DNA from: an uncultured candidate division Zixibacteria bacterium | GTDB lineage: Bacteria > Zixibacteria > MSB-5A5 > GN15 > FEB-12 | Direction of reading: 5' to 3' | DNA: 64,000 nt | Assembly (NCBI GenBank): GCA_963735035.1 | Contig: CAVTJJ010000004.1 | Location: 64,001-128,000, forward strand | Part shown: positions 31,156-41,013 of the stretch, piece after piece | How the letters are laid out: each line of letters starts with the position of its first letter | Numbering within the stretch: the stretch's first letter is position 1 | Notes under the pieces: generated by a model | The model's database searches: none | What the model saw: the letters and a program-made list of their open reading frames with translations, nothing else | Told to the model about the DNA's origin: nothing | Translations under genes and position numbers: made by a program

Positions 31156-31694
31156 ACGCGTCCTCAGACTCTCAATTTTCTTCCATTTCCAAGACCCGGT
31201 GGGTGACCCAAACGGCCCTCTTTCTGGCCCTTTCAATAGTGTTACCGGTGGGGTTTCACGCTTTCGGGATAGGCGGACGGGTTTTCCTGCCGATGCATTT
31301 CGCGCCGCTTCTGGCCGGATTTCTGGTCGGTCCGTACAGCGGGTTGACAGTCGGTCTGATGTCCCCCCTCATTGGCCACCTGATTACTGGTATGCCGCCA
31401 ACCTACGCAGTGCCGTTGATGTCTCTGGAAATACCGCTCTACGGTTTGGTGGCGGGGTTAGCTTATCGAAAACTCAGACTGAATATCTATATCGCGTTGG
31501 TTGCTGCAATGATTGTCGGGAGGGTGATGTTCGGCCTCGGTTTGTTCGTGCTCGGGATGTTCATGGAACTGCCTTACACGGCGACAATCTTCTTCTCGTC
31601 AGCGGGACCGATCCTGGCCGGTCTTCCGGGGATAATCGCTCAAATTGTGGTCATACCGATTATCGTTGCTGCTGTGCGCCGCGCGCGCGGGTAG
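31152..31694 (+). CDS. ECF transporter S component
   Basis: ALFLALSIVLP, FLPMH..LLAG..GP..G, TGMPP; translationally coupled to the methyltransferase. Confidence 0.85.
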   Translation: MNASSDSQFSSISKTRWVTQTALFLALSIVLPVGFHAFGIGGRVFLPMHFAPLLAGFLVGPYSGLTVGLMSPLIGHLITGMPPTYAVPLMSLEIPLYGLVAGLAYRKLRLNIYIALVAAMIVGRVMFGLGLFVLGMFMELPYTATIFFSSAGPILAGLPGIIAQIVVIPIIVAAVRRARG

Positions 31695-31955
31695 TTCCAT
31701 TATCTCATTCTTGGCATGGGGGCAATACTGATCGGGTTGTGTCAGGTCTTGCTCACGCGTCTGCCAAAGGCGGACGCGTGAGCAAGACCTGACGCCTTGC
31801 CGTTCGCCGGAAGGTACCACCTGTCACGCGTCAGGTCACATCCCCGATCCACCTTCGGCAGATCGGGGACAAGACCCGACGCAACGGTCTGTACAGTTGT
31901 TGACACCCCGGCAGATGTGGACATCTGCCGGGCACTTCTCTAACCTAGCGTCCCC

Positions 31956-32738
31956 TCAGACCTGAAAGCTCTCCCGCAGGTCGCCGCGGATACCGATCGT
32001 CGTGACCGTCAGAGGGAAAGTCGCGCCGGAGCGTTTCCGGGCTTCAATTGCTGCTTGGGCGATCCCACCACAGCATGGGACTTCCATTTTGATCACTTCG
32101 ACCGATTTCAGATTGTTAGCGCTGAATATCTGAGCGAGCTTATCGAAATACACCTGGAGGTTGTCCAGCTTGGGGCAGCCTACCACGATGACTTTTCCCT
32201 TGAGAAATCGCTCGTGGAAACCGGCAAACGCGAACGGCACACAGTCGGCCGTGATAAGCAGATCGGCGTTCTGAAGATAAGGCGCGGTCGGCCCGACCAG
32301 CATCAGTTGGACCGGCCATTGCCGGAGCTGTGACGCCTGTGCGATGGAAGTAGAAGTTGACGAAATCGATTCCTGTCGGGCGGGGTTCTGTTCGCCCCAC
32401 TGTCTCATAGCCGTACCAGGGCACCCGGCATGTCCGGACACTTGTATTGGTGCAGGATGAACCTGGACTGCCATAGGTACTGCCGGAGAACGATGCTTCA
32501 GATTCGCTTCTACCGCCGCTACGTCGTAATCTTCCGATTCTCTTTTCTCGACTGTCAGCGCTCCGGTAGGGCAGTGTCCTACACACGCCCCGGCGCCGTC
32601 GCAAAGGATTTCGCCTTTGAGGCGAGCTTTGCCGTTGACGATTTCGAGAGCCCCTTCAGCGCAGGTCGTAACGCACTCCCCGCATCCGTCGCAGAGCTCT
32701 TCGTTGATCTTGATAATGACGCGAACCACTTTGGCCAT
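31956..32738 (-). CDS. 4Fe-4S ferredoxin / iron-sulfur cluster-binding oxidoreductase
   Basis: CDGCGECVTTC, CDGAGACVGHCP, GCPG, QWPVQL, ADC, GCPKLD, MEVPCC. Confidence 0.9.
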   Translation of the reverse strand: MAKVVRVIIKINEELCDGCGECVTTCAEGALEIVNGKARLKGEILCDGAGACVGHCPTGALTVEKRESEDYDVAAVEANLKHRSPAVPMAVQVHPAPIQVSGHAGCPGTAMRQWGEQNPARQESISSTSTSIAQASQLRQWPVQLMLVGPTAPYLQNADLLITADCVPFAFAGFHERFLKGKVIVVGCPKLDNLQVYFDKLAQIFSANNLKSVEVIKMEVPCCGGIAQAAIEARKRSGATFPLTVTTIGIRGDLRESFQV

Positions 32739-32796
32739 GATCTTCTCCGGTCAATTGTTTACACCGGAAATTTCGGGCCAAGCGGGATTTGGCGAT

Positions 32797-32810
32797 ATGA
32801 CTTAGGTCAA
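32797..32810. promoter_or_regulatory. FNR/CRP-type box upstream of the ferredoxin gene
   Basis: Minus strand TTGAC-CTAA-GTCAT; a Crp/Fnr gene lies 1.2 kb away. Confidence 0.55.
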
Positions 32811-32925
32811 GTGGGGTAGGTCAGGCCCACTCGGGGCCTGACATCTTCGTTGGGTGGCCCACCTGCTTGCAGGTGGGGTCGATGAGCTTAATTCACCGTG
32901 CCCGGCCCTCGCGGCGGGCCCTGGG

Positions 32926-33492
32926 TCACATGGTCAACCGTTCTACCGCGATGACCAGGAGAATGGCGAGCGTACTCAATACGGCGAAATAACCGACGGC
33001 CTTAGCACTCAGCTTCAATGTGCGACTTCCTCTCCACACCAGAACGAACAGTGCCGTGAGCACGAACGCCGCCACGAATCGATTCATATGCAGCAGCGCC
33101 GAGATGCGCGCCTCGTCCTGCAGGGAGTAGCCGCCCAGGAGGATCGAGAAAAACCGGCAGAAGGCGGCGAAAAAGAGAAATGAATAGGCGTACATGGACT
33201 TTGTCTTTTCGACCAGGATCCAGCCGACGAGGGCCTGAAGCAGCGTGAACAGCGGTCCGCCGAGGCTTATGTACAGGGCATCGGTCTTGCCGATGTACAC
33301 ACCGCTGCGGGCATTGGCCTGGTTCAGGCCGAGCACCATGTCATTGCCGAGCAATTCCCCCACCGTCCAGTGCCCGAACTCATGAAAAAGATAGGTGAGA
33401 AAGGCCACCGGCACCATCAGCAGCACGAGCTGCCAGCCGATCCTGCTCTCACGCATGTCGCTACCGATTCGCTGGACAAGCAATCCGCTCAT
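32926..33492 (-). CDS. Small membrane protein with HExxH (M50-like)
   Basis: LFHEFGH in the first TM, SLGGP, 4-5 TMs. Confidence 0.7.
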   Translation of the reverse strand: MSGLLVQRIGSDMRESRIGWQLVLLMVPVAFLTYLFHEFGHWTVGELLGNDMVLGLNQANARSGVYIGKTDALYISLGGPLFTLLQALVGWILVEKTKSMYAYSFLFFAAFCRFFSILLGGYSLQDEARISALLHMNRFVAAFVLTALFVLVWRGSRTLKLSAKAVGYFAVLSTLAILLVIAVERLTM

Positions 33493-33557
33493 CTTGGCCG
33501 AGATTTCCTATATGACCCAATCAAAGTCATCTGATTTGTCCTTACCTTATTAGTCTA

Positions 33558-34035
33558 GTAGGTCAGGCCTACTCGGGGCCTGACATCTTCGTTGGGTGGC
33601 CCACCTGCTTGCAGGTGGGGTCAACGAATCATGTCGGGTTGCTCGTTGTCCGCTTCGCGCACAACTCGTGAACACGACTTACCAGTTGTCAGGCGTCAAG
33701 TCCGCCTGACCTACGATTATCGAACGTTCACTTCCCCGAATCCGACAACCGCTGCAGTCTTGTAGGTCAGGCCTACTCGGGGCCTGACATCTTCGTTGAG
33801 TGGCCCACCTGCTTGCAGGTGGGGTCAACGAATCATGTCGAGTTGCTCGTTGTCCGCTTCGCGCACAACTCGTGAACACGACTTACCAGTTGTCAGGCGT
33901 CAAGTCCGCCTGACCTACGATTATCGAACGTTCACTTCCCCGAATCCGACAACCGCTGCAGTCTTGTAGGTCAGGCCTACTCGGGGCCTGACATCTTCGT
34001 TGAGCGAGTCAGGCGTCAAGTCCGCCTGACCTACG
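33558..34035. repeat. Tandem array with 204-bp period (BIME-like) built from REP units
   Basis: Units start GTAGGTCAGGCC at 33558, 33762 and 33966; the first two are near-identical, the third is internally shortened. Confidence 0.92.
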
Positions 34036-34036
34036 A

Positions 34037-34714
34037 TCACTTACCTGAGTCCGCCAGGCGCTGCAAGCGATCTGGATCGAGAATCACAATCGTCGGGCCG
34101 TTGACTTTAATCATGCCGTCCTTCACCAGCTTCGCAAATGACCGCGACAAGGTCTCAGGAATCGTTCCCAACTGCGCCGCCAACAAACTCTTCTTCACCG
34201 ACAACATCACTTCGGGTGGCATCTCGCCCGTGCTTTCGATCCGGTAGGCACAGAGATACCGCGCCAAACGAGTAGTAACGTCAGATAGTGACAGGCCTTC
34301 AATCAGGCGAGTCATCAAACGCAGTAATTCCGACAGACGACCTATGAGACTTACCGCGAGGTCGGGGTTGCTCGCGACCAGATTGACGAATCGGGTGCGG
34401 CTGATCGATACTAGCTCGACATCCTCAAGCGCCTGTGCCGACGCCGGGAATTGCCGTCCCGCGAACAGAGCGGCCTCGGCGATACTGTCACCCGGCTGGG
34501 CCACCATCAGCACCTGCTCCTTGCCGTCGGGCGACATCTTGAAAATCTTCACCTTGCCGCTGCCGACAATAAAGAACGCATCCGCCGGGTCGCCTTCCTG
34601 AAAGATCATCTCGCCGTAGGTCGCTCGTTTCATAGAGGCGGTCGAGCTGATTTCGCCGAGGGCCTGGTCATCCAGGTGCGAGAACAGGCGTGAGCGTTTG
34701 AGGATTTCTTTCAT
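34037..34714 (-). CDS. Crp/Fnr-family transcriptional regulator (HcpR/Dnr-like)
   Basis: IFQEGDPA, GKVKIFK.SPDGKEQ, HTH LAAQLGTIPETLSR. Confidence 0.93.
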   Translation of the reverse strand: MKEILKRSRLFSHLDDQALGEISSTASMKRATYGEMIFQEGDPADAFFIVGSGKVKIFKMSPDGKEQVLMVAQPGDSIAEAALFAGRQFPASAQALEDVELVSISRTRFVNLVASNPDLAVSLIGRLSELLRLMTRLIEGLSLSDVTTRLARYLCAYRIESTGEMPPEVMLSVKKSLLAAQLGTIPETLSRSFAKLVKDGMIKVNGPTIVILDPDRLQRLADSGK

Positions 34715-34941
34715 GTATGCAACCTCGCTCTTAGGCAGTCATCGGTTGTGTCAGTTCCTGCGATCCGCCTCGGCGGATCGTGTGAACTGACACAGGTGGA
34801 TTTGTTGCTAAGCGTCAGGTCACATCCCCGCACCGCCTTCGGCGGCCCGGGGACAGGACCTGACGCAACCACAAGGGCGGCTTCAACGATGCAATACTGG
34901 CGCCGCAGTTGCGATAATTAAGCTGATCGAAAGGGGATTGG

Positions 34942-35298
34942 CTACAGAAGATCTTTGATGAGTTTCTCGATATCAGCCATCATCAAAGGCTTGCCGAGAA
35001 AACCGTCCGCCTTCGCGGCTTCGGCCTGAGACTCGATCTCTGAACCTGAATAACCGGAGATGAGCACGACTTTGGTCTTGGGGTGTTCCGCCTTGACCTT
35101 TTGAAGCAGTTCCAGGCCGGTCATCTTGGGCATCCGCATGTCGGTGATAACCATGCTAAAACTGCCCGACTTCAAAGCCTCAAGAGCCTGAAACCCGTCG
35201 GAAGCTACGACCGATTCCTGGTCGAATACCTCCAGCATTTCCGACAAAAGGGCCGACATGTTGGGGTTGTCGTCGACAATGAGAATCTTTTTATTCAT
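34942..35298 (-). CDS. Single-domain response regulator (CheY-like)
   Basis: ILIVDD, TDMRMPKMTG, ISG, KP. Confidence 0.93.
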   Translation of the reverse strand: MNKKILIVDDNPNMSALLSEMLEVFDQESVVASDGFQALEALKSGSFSMVITDMRMPKMTGLELLQKVKAEHPKTKVVLISGYSGSEIESQAEAAKADGFLGKPLMMADIEKLIKDLL

Positions 35299-35317
35299 AA
35301 CCGTGCTCGTAGGCTTT

Positions 35318-35344
35318 TTATCGGCACGAGGTTATGAAAACTTA
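35318..35344 (-). promoter_or_regulatory. Sigma-28-like promoter of the response regulator
   Basis: Minus strand TAAG-N15-GCCGATAA. Confidence 0.65.
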
Positions 35345-35364
35345 ACGAGTACTAATCTTGCCCG

Positions 35365-36453
35365 TTATCGACTGGAACGGGCCACCAACTCGGCCTTTAG
35401 GGCCGTCAACCCTTGAGACTTCAGCGCGGACACCACAAACGCTTTGGCCGTGTTATCGTTCGGGGGCGCAAAGTCCGGGTTGGCGTCAAGTTTGTTGTAG
35501 ATCATCAGATGCGGAACTGTATCAGCGCCGATCTCCGCGAGCACTTCGCGGGTCTGCGCAATGTGCTCGATCAGATGCGGGTCGGAACAGTCGGCCACGT
35601 GCAGAAGCAGATCCGCCAGGGCCACTTCTTCCAGCGTCGATTTGAACGATTCCACCAGTTGATGCGGCAGTTTGCGAATGAATCCGACCGTATCCGAGAA
35701 GACCAGCTTGGTAGGATACCCGGCCGCCATGACACGGGTGGTAGAATCCAGGGTTGTGAATAACCGATCCGCAGTCTCAGCATCCCCTTTGGTCAGGACG
35801 TTGAACAGGGTCGATTTTCCGGCGTTGGTGTAGCCGACCAGGGCGATCTTGAAAAGCCCGGAGCGAGCCTTGCGCTGAGTTTGTCGCTGTACGCCAAGTT
35901 TCTCCAGCTTCTTCTTCAAATGGTCAATCCGAGTGCGGACCTGTCGCCGGTCGGTTTCAAGCTGAGTTTCGCCCGGGCCCTTGGAGCCGACACCGCCGTA
36001 CTGACGGGAAAAATGCACCCAGGCGCCGGTCAGGCGGGGCAACATATATTCGAGTTGGGCCAGCTCTACCTGCAATCGGGCAGCGGCGGAATGAGCTCCT
36101 TTGGCGAAGATATCCAGGATCAGTACGGGGCGATCCAGCACTTTGACTTCAAGCGCTTCTTCCAAATTGCGCTGCTGGGCGGGACTCAGTTGATCATCAA
36201 ATATCACACAGTTGGCGTCCAGCTCGACCAGCTGGGCCTTGAGTTCTTCAACCAAACCCTTCCCCACATAAAACGTCGAATCCGGCCTGGGTCTAACCTG
36301 GATCCTCACACCCACTACCATAGCGCCGGCGGTGTTGGCCAGGCGGCGTAGTTCGGCCAGGGATTCTTCCTGTTCCAGTCGCTTACGGGAATCGCTGGCC
36401 AGGCCGATCAGGATGGCTCTTTCGATTTCGACTTTACCGTGTTCGTGAAGCAT
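35365..36453 (-). CDS. hflX: GTPase HflX
   Basis: [40 protein letters not shown]. Confidence 0.96.
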   Translation of the reverse strand: MLHEHGKVEIERAILIGLASDSRKRLEQEESLAELRRLANTAGAMVVGVRIQVRPRPDSTFYVGKGLVEELKAQLVELDANCVIFDDQLSPAQQRNLEEALEVKVLDRPVLILDIFAKGAHSAAARLQVELAQLEYMLPRLTGAWVHFSRQYGGVGSKGPGETQLETDRRQVRTRIDHLKKKLEKLGVQRQTQRKARSGLFKIALVGYTNAGKSTLFNVLTKGDAETADRLFTTLDSTTRVMAAGYPTKLVFSDTVGFIRKLPHQLVESFKSTLEEVALADLLLHVADCSDPHLIEHIAQTREVLAEIGADTVPHLMIYNKLDANPDFAPPNDNTAKAFVVSALKSQGLTALKAELVARSSR

Positions 36454-36632
36454 ACGTTAGAAGATACGTCATCGCGAGTTCAGACCAATGAAAAAAACGG
36501 CTATGTATGTTATTACAACTGACAGGTATAGGGACGTCTCCAATATCGTGAAGCGGCTGGAGAAAAGGGAAAGTAAGTGAGCACGCATATTATTCAGTTT
36601 GCATTTTGGTCATTTACATTGCATTTTCTCGC

Positions 36633-37220
36633 ATGGGCGTTGAATCACTACCGACCTTCATTCGGGAGCACTATGACGTGCGCGAGTGGAAACACGCCTG
36701 CGCCGTACTCCAAGGAGATTTTCCGGCAGAATTGAAGGATGTGATTGCGGTCCTGACAAAGTTTCGCCTTTTTCGTAGTTGGGTAAAAGTAGGCGGAGGC
36801 AATAAATCCAAGATAGCAAACGCTATTGACGAGGCATTGACTGAACGCGGTTGGAAGGAGAAGTCCTTTGCAACCAAGATTGTGGTGGACGACAAGACTT
36901 CGGAAAGCCCGACGCACAAGGTGGATTGCTATAAGAATCAGGTGGCACTGGAAATCGAATGGAATAATAAGGACCCATTCTTCGACCGGGATCTGAATAA
37001 TTTCCGACTTCTCTTTGACCTCCGGGCTATCAGCGTGGGGATTATTGTTACCCGGTGTGATGCTTTGCAAGAGATCTACAAAGACTTAGGGCGTGGTTCC
37101 TCGGCTGGTATGACCACTACTCATATGAGCAAACTAATTCCCCGCATTGAAGGCGGTGGTGGCGGCGGGTGCCCAATATTGGTCTTTGGTATTACGAAGA
37201 AGCTTTACGTTGAGGATTAA
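36633..37220 (+). CDS. BglII/BstYI-family restriction endonuclease-like protein
   Basis: THKVD...VALEIEWNNKDPFFDRDL, GGGGGCP. Confidence 0.8.
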   Translation: MGVESLPTFIREHYDVREWKHACAVLQGDFPAELKDVIAVLTKFRLFRSWVKVGGGNKSKIANAIDEALTERGWKEKSFATKIVVDDKTSESPTHKVDCYKNQVALEIEWNNKDPFFDRDLNNFRLLFDLRAISVGIIVTRCDALQEIYKDLGRGSSAGMTTTHMSKLIPRIEGGGGGGCPILVFGITKKLYVED

Positions 37221-37224
37221 CCAA

Positions 37225-37872
37225 ATGGTTGCTAAGCAGATAATTAACCCTTCCGACGATTTTGCTGGGGCTGTATCGGGATCATTTGGCACGATCTTGG
37301 CTGACCCCCCTTGGCGATTTTCTAACCGCACTGGGAAGGTTGCGCCAGAACATAGAAGACTGTCACGTTATGAGACTTTGAGCCTAAAGGAAATTAGAGA
37401 TATTCCTGTGGCTTCGGTGGCTGCTACGAAATCGCATCTCTACCTGTGGGTCCCAAATGCCCTTTTGACAGAGGGCTTGTCCGTAATGGCAGCCTGGGGA
37501 TTCGCCTACAAGACAAATATCGTGTGGCACAAAATCCGTAAAGACGGCGGACCTGACGGCCGGGGTGTGGGTTTCTACTTCCGCAATACAACGGAGCTAG
37601 TGCTTTTCGGTATACGTGGTAGTCTGCGCACTTTGCAGCCGGGCAGAAAGCAGGTCAATATTCTTCGTGTTGCCAAGCGCGAACATTCACGTAAACCCGA
37701 TGAGCTGTATAAGATCATCGAGACATGTAGTCCGGGCCCATATCTGGAGCTATTTGCCAGGGGGAGTCGCCCGAAATGGACACAATGGGGTAACGAAGCA
37801 GAGGACTACCGGTTGGACTGGCCCACATATAAGAACAACTCACAGTCGCATCTCACTCGCCGTCTTATCTGA
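37225..37872 (+). CDS. MT-A70-family adenine methyltransferase
   Basis: ILADPPW, HLYLW, YFRNTTE, REHSRKP, YLELFAR, WGNE. Confidence 0.92.
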   Translation: MVAKQIINPSDDFAGAVSGSFGTILADPPWRFSNRTGKVAPEHRRLSRYETLSLKEIRDIPVASVAATKSHLYLWVPNALLTEGLSVMAAWGFAYKTNIVWHKIRKDGGPDGRGVGFYFRNTTELVLFGIRGSLRTLQPGRKQVNILRVAKREHSRKPDELYKIIETCSPGPYLELFARGSRPKWTQWGNEAEDYRLDWPTYKNNSQSHLTRRLI

Positions 37873-37944
37873 ACTCGCATACATTGAGAGCTGGATTCCA
37901 GCGCAAAATGGTGCGGGCCATGTTTCGCACTGACCAGACCAATC

Positions 37945-37985
37945 AAAAAAACGGCCCACAATTCTGTGCGGGCCGTCGGCTTTTC
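37945..37985. terminator. Probable bidirectional terminator
   Basis: AAAAAACGGCCC...GGGCCGT followed by TTTT, between convergent genes. Confidence 0.6.
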
Positions 37986-38175
37986 TTGGTCAGCCATGTC
38001 TACTGTTTCGTGTACGTCCCCTGCATTGAGACATACCAGGTCTGGCCGTCCATCGAGCTCTCCATCGTCCACTTAATCGTTTGGTCAGCCATGTCTACTG
38101 TTTCGTGTACGTCCCCTGCATTGAGACATACCAGGTCTGGCCGTCCATCGAGCTCTCCATCGTCCACTTAATCGT
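37986..38175. repeat. Exact 95-bp tandem duplication
   Basis: 37986-38080 is identical to 38081-38175. Confidence 0.93.
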
Positions 38176-38658
38176 CTTGTCCGTGATATCATAGTAGGTG
38201 GAGCGGCTGTACATGGTCACGCCATTCATCAGGTCCTTGCCCGAGGTCACCAGCCGGCCGTCCTTGAAATCGCCTTCGTAGTAGGAGATTCGTCCCGCCA
38301 GATTGTCGGTCCAGATCGTCTGCCATTTCTTGATCTCACGATCGAAGCCGGTCAGACTGAGACCTTTCATCTCCATGCCCATCATCGGGCCCGAGAAATC
38401 TGTCTGCATCGCGGCGCCGCCACACACGAGCGAATTCACGACCGTGGCCGTATTGGGAGTCCATGCGGCGCTCGGGTCCATCCGCATTTCGCCCTGGAAC
38501 TTCCAGGTTCCGATAAACGGCGCCAGTTGGCTCATCTCGGGCGGGGGGCCGAACGTCGGCGCCTTGCCTGCCTCTTTACCTTCGCCCTGGGCGAGAACCG
38601 GCAGGGCGATCAACAATCCGATCAATGCGACAATCAATGTTCTGTGGGTCTTCTTCAT
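38095..38658 (-). CDS. DUF1579-like secreted protein
   Basis: Signal peptide, LAPFIGTW, GFDREIKKWQTIWTDN, GTYTK. Confidence 0.8.
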   Translation of the reverse strand: MKKTHRTLIVALIGLLIALPVLAQGEGKEAGKAPTFGPPPEMSQLAPFIGTWKFQGEMRMDPSAAWTPNTATVVNSLVCGGAAMQTDFSGPMMGMEMKGLSLTGFDREIKKWQTIWTDNLAGRISYYEGDFKDGRLVTSGKDLMNGVTMYSRSTYYDITDKTIKWTMESSMDGQTWYVSMQGTYTKQ

Positions 38659-38754
38659 TCTGTCCTCCAGGTATTGGGTACGCTCATAAAGAAAGCGCCC
38701 GCACGGTGCGAGCGCTATCACTTTCTATGTGAGTAGCCCGCGGCTTAGCGCGGG

Positions 38755-40968
38755 CTATTTCTTCTTAACGTTGTCTTTCGACAAGACCGAGTGGAACTCG
38801 TTGAACGTTATTTCTTTCGGTGTGAACGCGAACGGCCCGAGCTCGAACGAATCCGTTGGTGACTTGATCATCTGGCGACGGTAAGCGGAATCGCCCGACT
38901 CGGCCTGCACCCGAATGATCACGGGCATTTCGAAATCCGGCTCCATCTTGTCGTTTGTCACATTAATGCGGACATAATGTCCGTCGTCGCGTTTGACGAT
39001 TTCATACTCGACATTGTATTCGGGGATATTGCGGCTGTACAGCCAGGGCTTGAAAAACCAGCCGAGTGAATCGCCGTAATGCTTCTCGGCCAGTCTGATG
39101 AAAGTCTCATTGGTGTACGGAGCGCTGTTGACCGTTGTCTTCAGTTCGTTGATAAAACGCCAGAAGGTCTGGTCACGATTTCCCTGACCTTCGAGATCGA
39201 ACATCATAAAGCGAAGCATGTGAAGCAGCCAGGCGCCTTTGGTCTGGGCCATGGCCGCATCCACCAGCCGACCCGAGGCGAGTGGACAATCGTTGTTCAG
39301 GTCAAGAATGCTGTAGAGATGATTACGCCGAAGGCGCAGCTCTCCGAAAAACACGTTCGGGTCCATTTCGTACCAGACCGCCATCAGGGACAGATACTCC
39401 GGCACGGCTTCCAAAAGCCAGAGCTCACGATCGGTGGCGGGCTGCATCAGAGCGCCAAAATACTGCCGCGCCGCCGCCGAACTTGCATTCATCAACAAGC
39501 CCCCGGTTCCGGCCGGATAGTCGGTGGTCTGGGAGATGCCCATCAGCCCGGGCATACTGGCCACCGGTTCAGGATAAATGTACTCCGCAAAAGCGGCCGG
39601 GGGCGGACCCAGTCGCCCGGTCATGAAATTGAATGCTTTCGTCACTTCCGGCTGAAACCGCTCCGACGGTATGAAAGTCGGATAATGATTCTTGTCGATA
39701 GCGTCCGATACGAGGTAATTCAGCGAGAGGCCAATGTCGCTGATGACCGTGACCGTGTCGAATCCCGACGCATACGGCTGAAAAAGGAACATGCGATACG
39801 GCTCGGCCGGCGCCGAGAGAAACCGCCTTCGCCCCCGCTCGGTCGATTCCAGCGGAGACATGGCCGGCATGACATAGTTGTAGCCGCTGTGAACGTCAAA
39901 AGTCAACGCAACAGGCGCCGCCGAGGGATTCTCCACGAATGGCAACGGCTGAACGTATTTGGTGCCATGATAGACCAGCCTGAGCTCCAGCGTGTCACCC
40001 CGATGGTGATACTCAGGTAGAATCAGCCCCGTGAACGCAAATGAACCTCGGCGCCAATATTCTAGCGGCGTCCCGTTACAGAAGATCGAATCCAATTTCA
40101 GATTGCGATGCAGGAACAGTGACACAAAGCGCAGGCTGTCGGCGTTTAGCCGGACTTTCAGAGTGATATTCGCCCGTTCGATATTCTGGCCGTCCAGCCC
40201 CACCATGCGAAGTTCGCCTTCACGGCTCAGGATAGTGGTGGGATAGGTTATGTCCGACATGCGGTAATCGTCATAGATTCCCTTTTCCTGCCGCTGCATC
40301 ACCGCCCCGTGGACGGCGGCGATATCGCCCCCCTCGTGTTCGTAGGCTACATCCACTTCCTCGGGACGATTCGGGTCGAAGGAATAGACGTAACGATTGA
40401 AATCGATCCAGAAGTAACCGTCGGCGCGTCGTTCGAACAACGATCGCAGTAATTCAAAGTAGTTGTCATATTCGTGCATGATTACCGGTTTGAAGAAGAA
40501 CTCACCCTGTTGCGCACGATTGAAGTCACCCCAGGAGAGGGTTGTCTTCTCAAACTTGAATTGCTCTTTGAGCTTCAGGTCGAAATCATCCGAGAAGTCC
40601 AGGAAGGCGACTTCAAACGATTCGTCCACCACAGTCTTTCCCGAAGCATAATCGAGGCACTGCTGTTCGAGGTGGTTGGGGACGTCAATGTGAGCCGAAC
40701 CCTTGCCGAGGAATATGGCCGTGGTCGGCCGCCCCTCGAGTTCGCGCAGCAGATACATCTGCCCCTGCTCGAAAGTAAACGTCGCAACGTCTTTCTTGTA
40801 GACAAAATTCGAAATCTGAGCCAGCTCGGCGGGCGGTTTCATGGCCAGGTCCGAACCCATCTGCCCATAGCAATCTTTGAAGCGTCGATATATCTCGCTC
40901 TCTGCCGATGCGGCCGAAGCCAGCAGGGCGATCGCGCTCAGAAGTAAGACAACGGTTATAGTCTTCAA
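38755..40968 (-). CDS. Secreted M1-aminopeptidase-like protein lacking HExxH
   Basis: SAAARQYFG...LWLLEAVPEYLS, KGAWLLHMLR, LGWFFKPWLY...PEY. Confidence 0.75.
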   Translation of the reverse strand: MKTITVVLLLSAIALLASAASAESEIYRRFKDCYGQMGSDLAMKPPAELAQISNFVYKKDVATFTFEQGQMYLLRELEGRPTTAIFLGKGSAHIDVPNHLEQQCLDYASGKTVVDESFEVAFLDFSDDFDLKLKEQFKFEKTTLSWGDFNRAQQGEFFFKPVIMHEYDNYFELLRSLFERRADGYFWIDFNRYVYSFDPNRPEEVDVAYEHEGGDIAAVHGAVMQRQEKGIYDDYRMSDITYPTTILSREGELRMVGLDGQNIERANITLKVRLNADSLRFVSLFLHRNLKLDSIFCNGTPLEYWRRGSFAFTGLILPEYHHRGDTLELRLVYHGTKYVQPLPFVENPSAAPVALTFDVHSGYNYVMPAMSPLESTERGRRRFLSAPAEPYRMFLFQPYASGFDTVTVISDIGLSLNYLVSDAIDKNHYPTFIPSERFQPEVTKAFNFMTGRLGPPPAAFAEYIYPEPVASMPGLMGISQTTDYPAGTGGLLMNASSAAARQYFGALMQPATDRELWLLEAVPEYLSLMAVWYEMDPNVFFGELRLRRNHLYSILDLNNDCPLASGRLVDAAMAQTKGAWLLHMLRFMMFDLEGQGNRDQTFWRFINELKTTVNSAPYTNETFIRLAEKHYGDSLGWFFKPWLYSRNIPEYNVEYEIVKRDDGHYVRINVTNDKMEPDFEMPVIIRVQAESGDSAYRRQMIKSPTDSFELGPFAFTPKEITFNEFHSVLSKDNVKKK

Positions 40969-41013
40969 TGCTGTGTCCTTTCCGATTGACCGGTTACCTA
41001 CCTATCAGACGTA

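Noticed and set aside
33558..34035. CRISPR array
   Set aside because: The period is 204 bp, the intervening sequence is identical rather than unique, and there are no cas genes.
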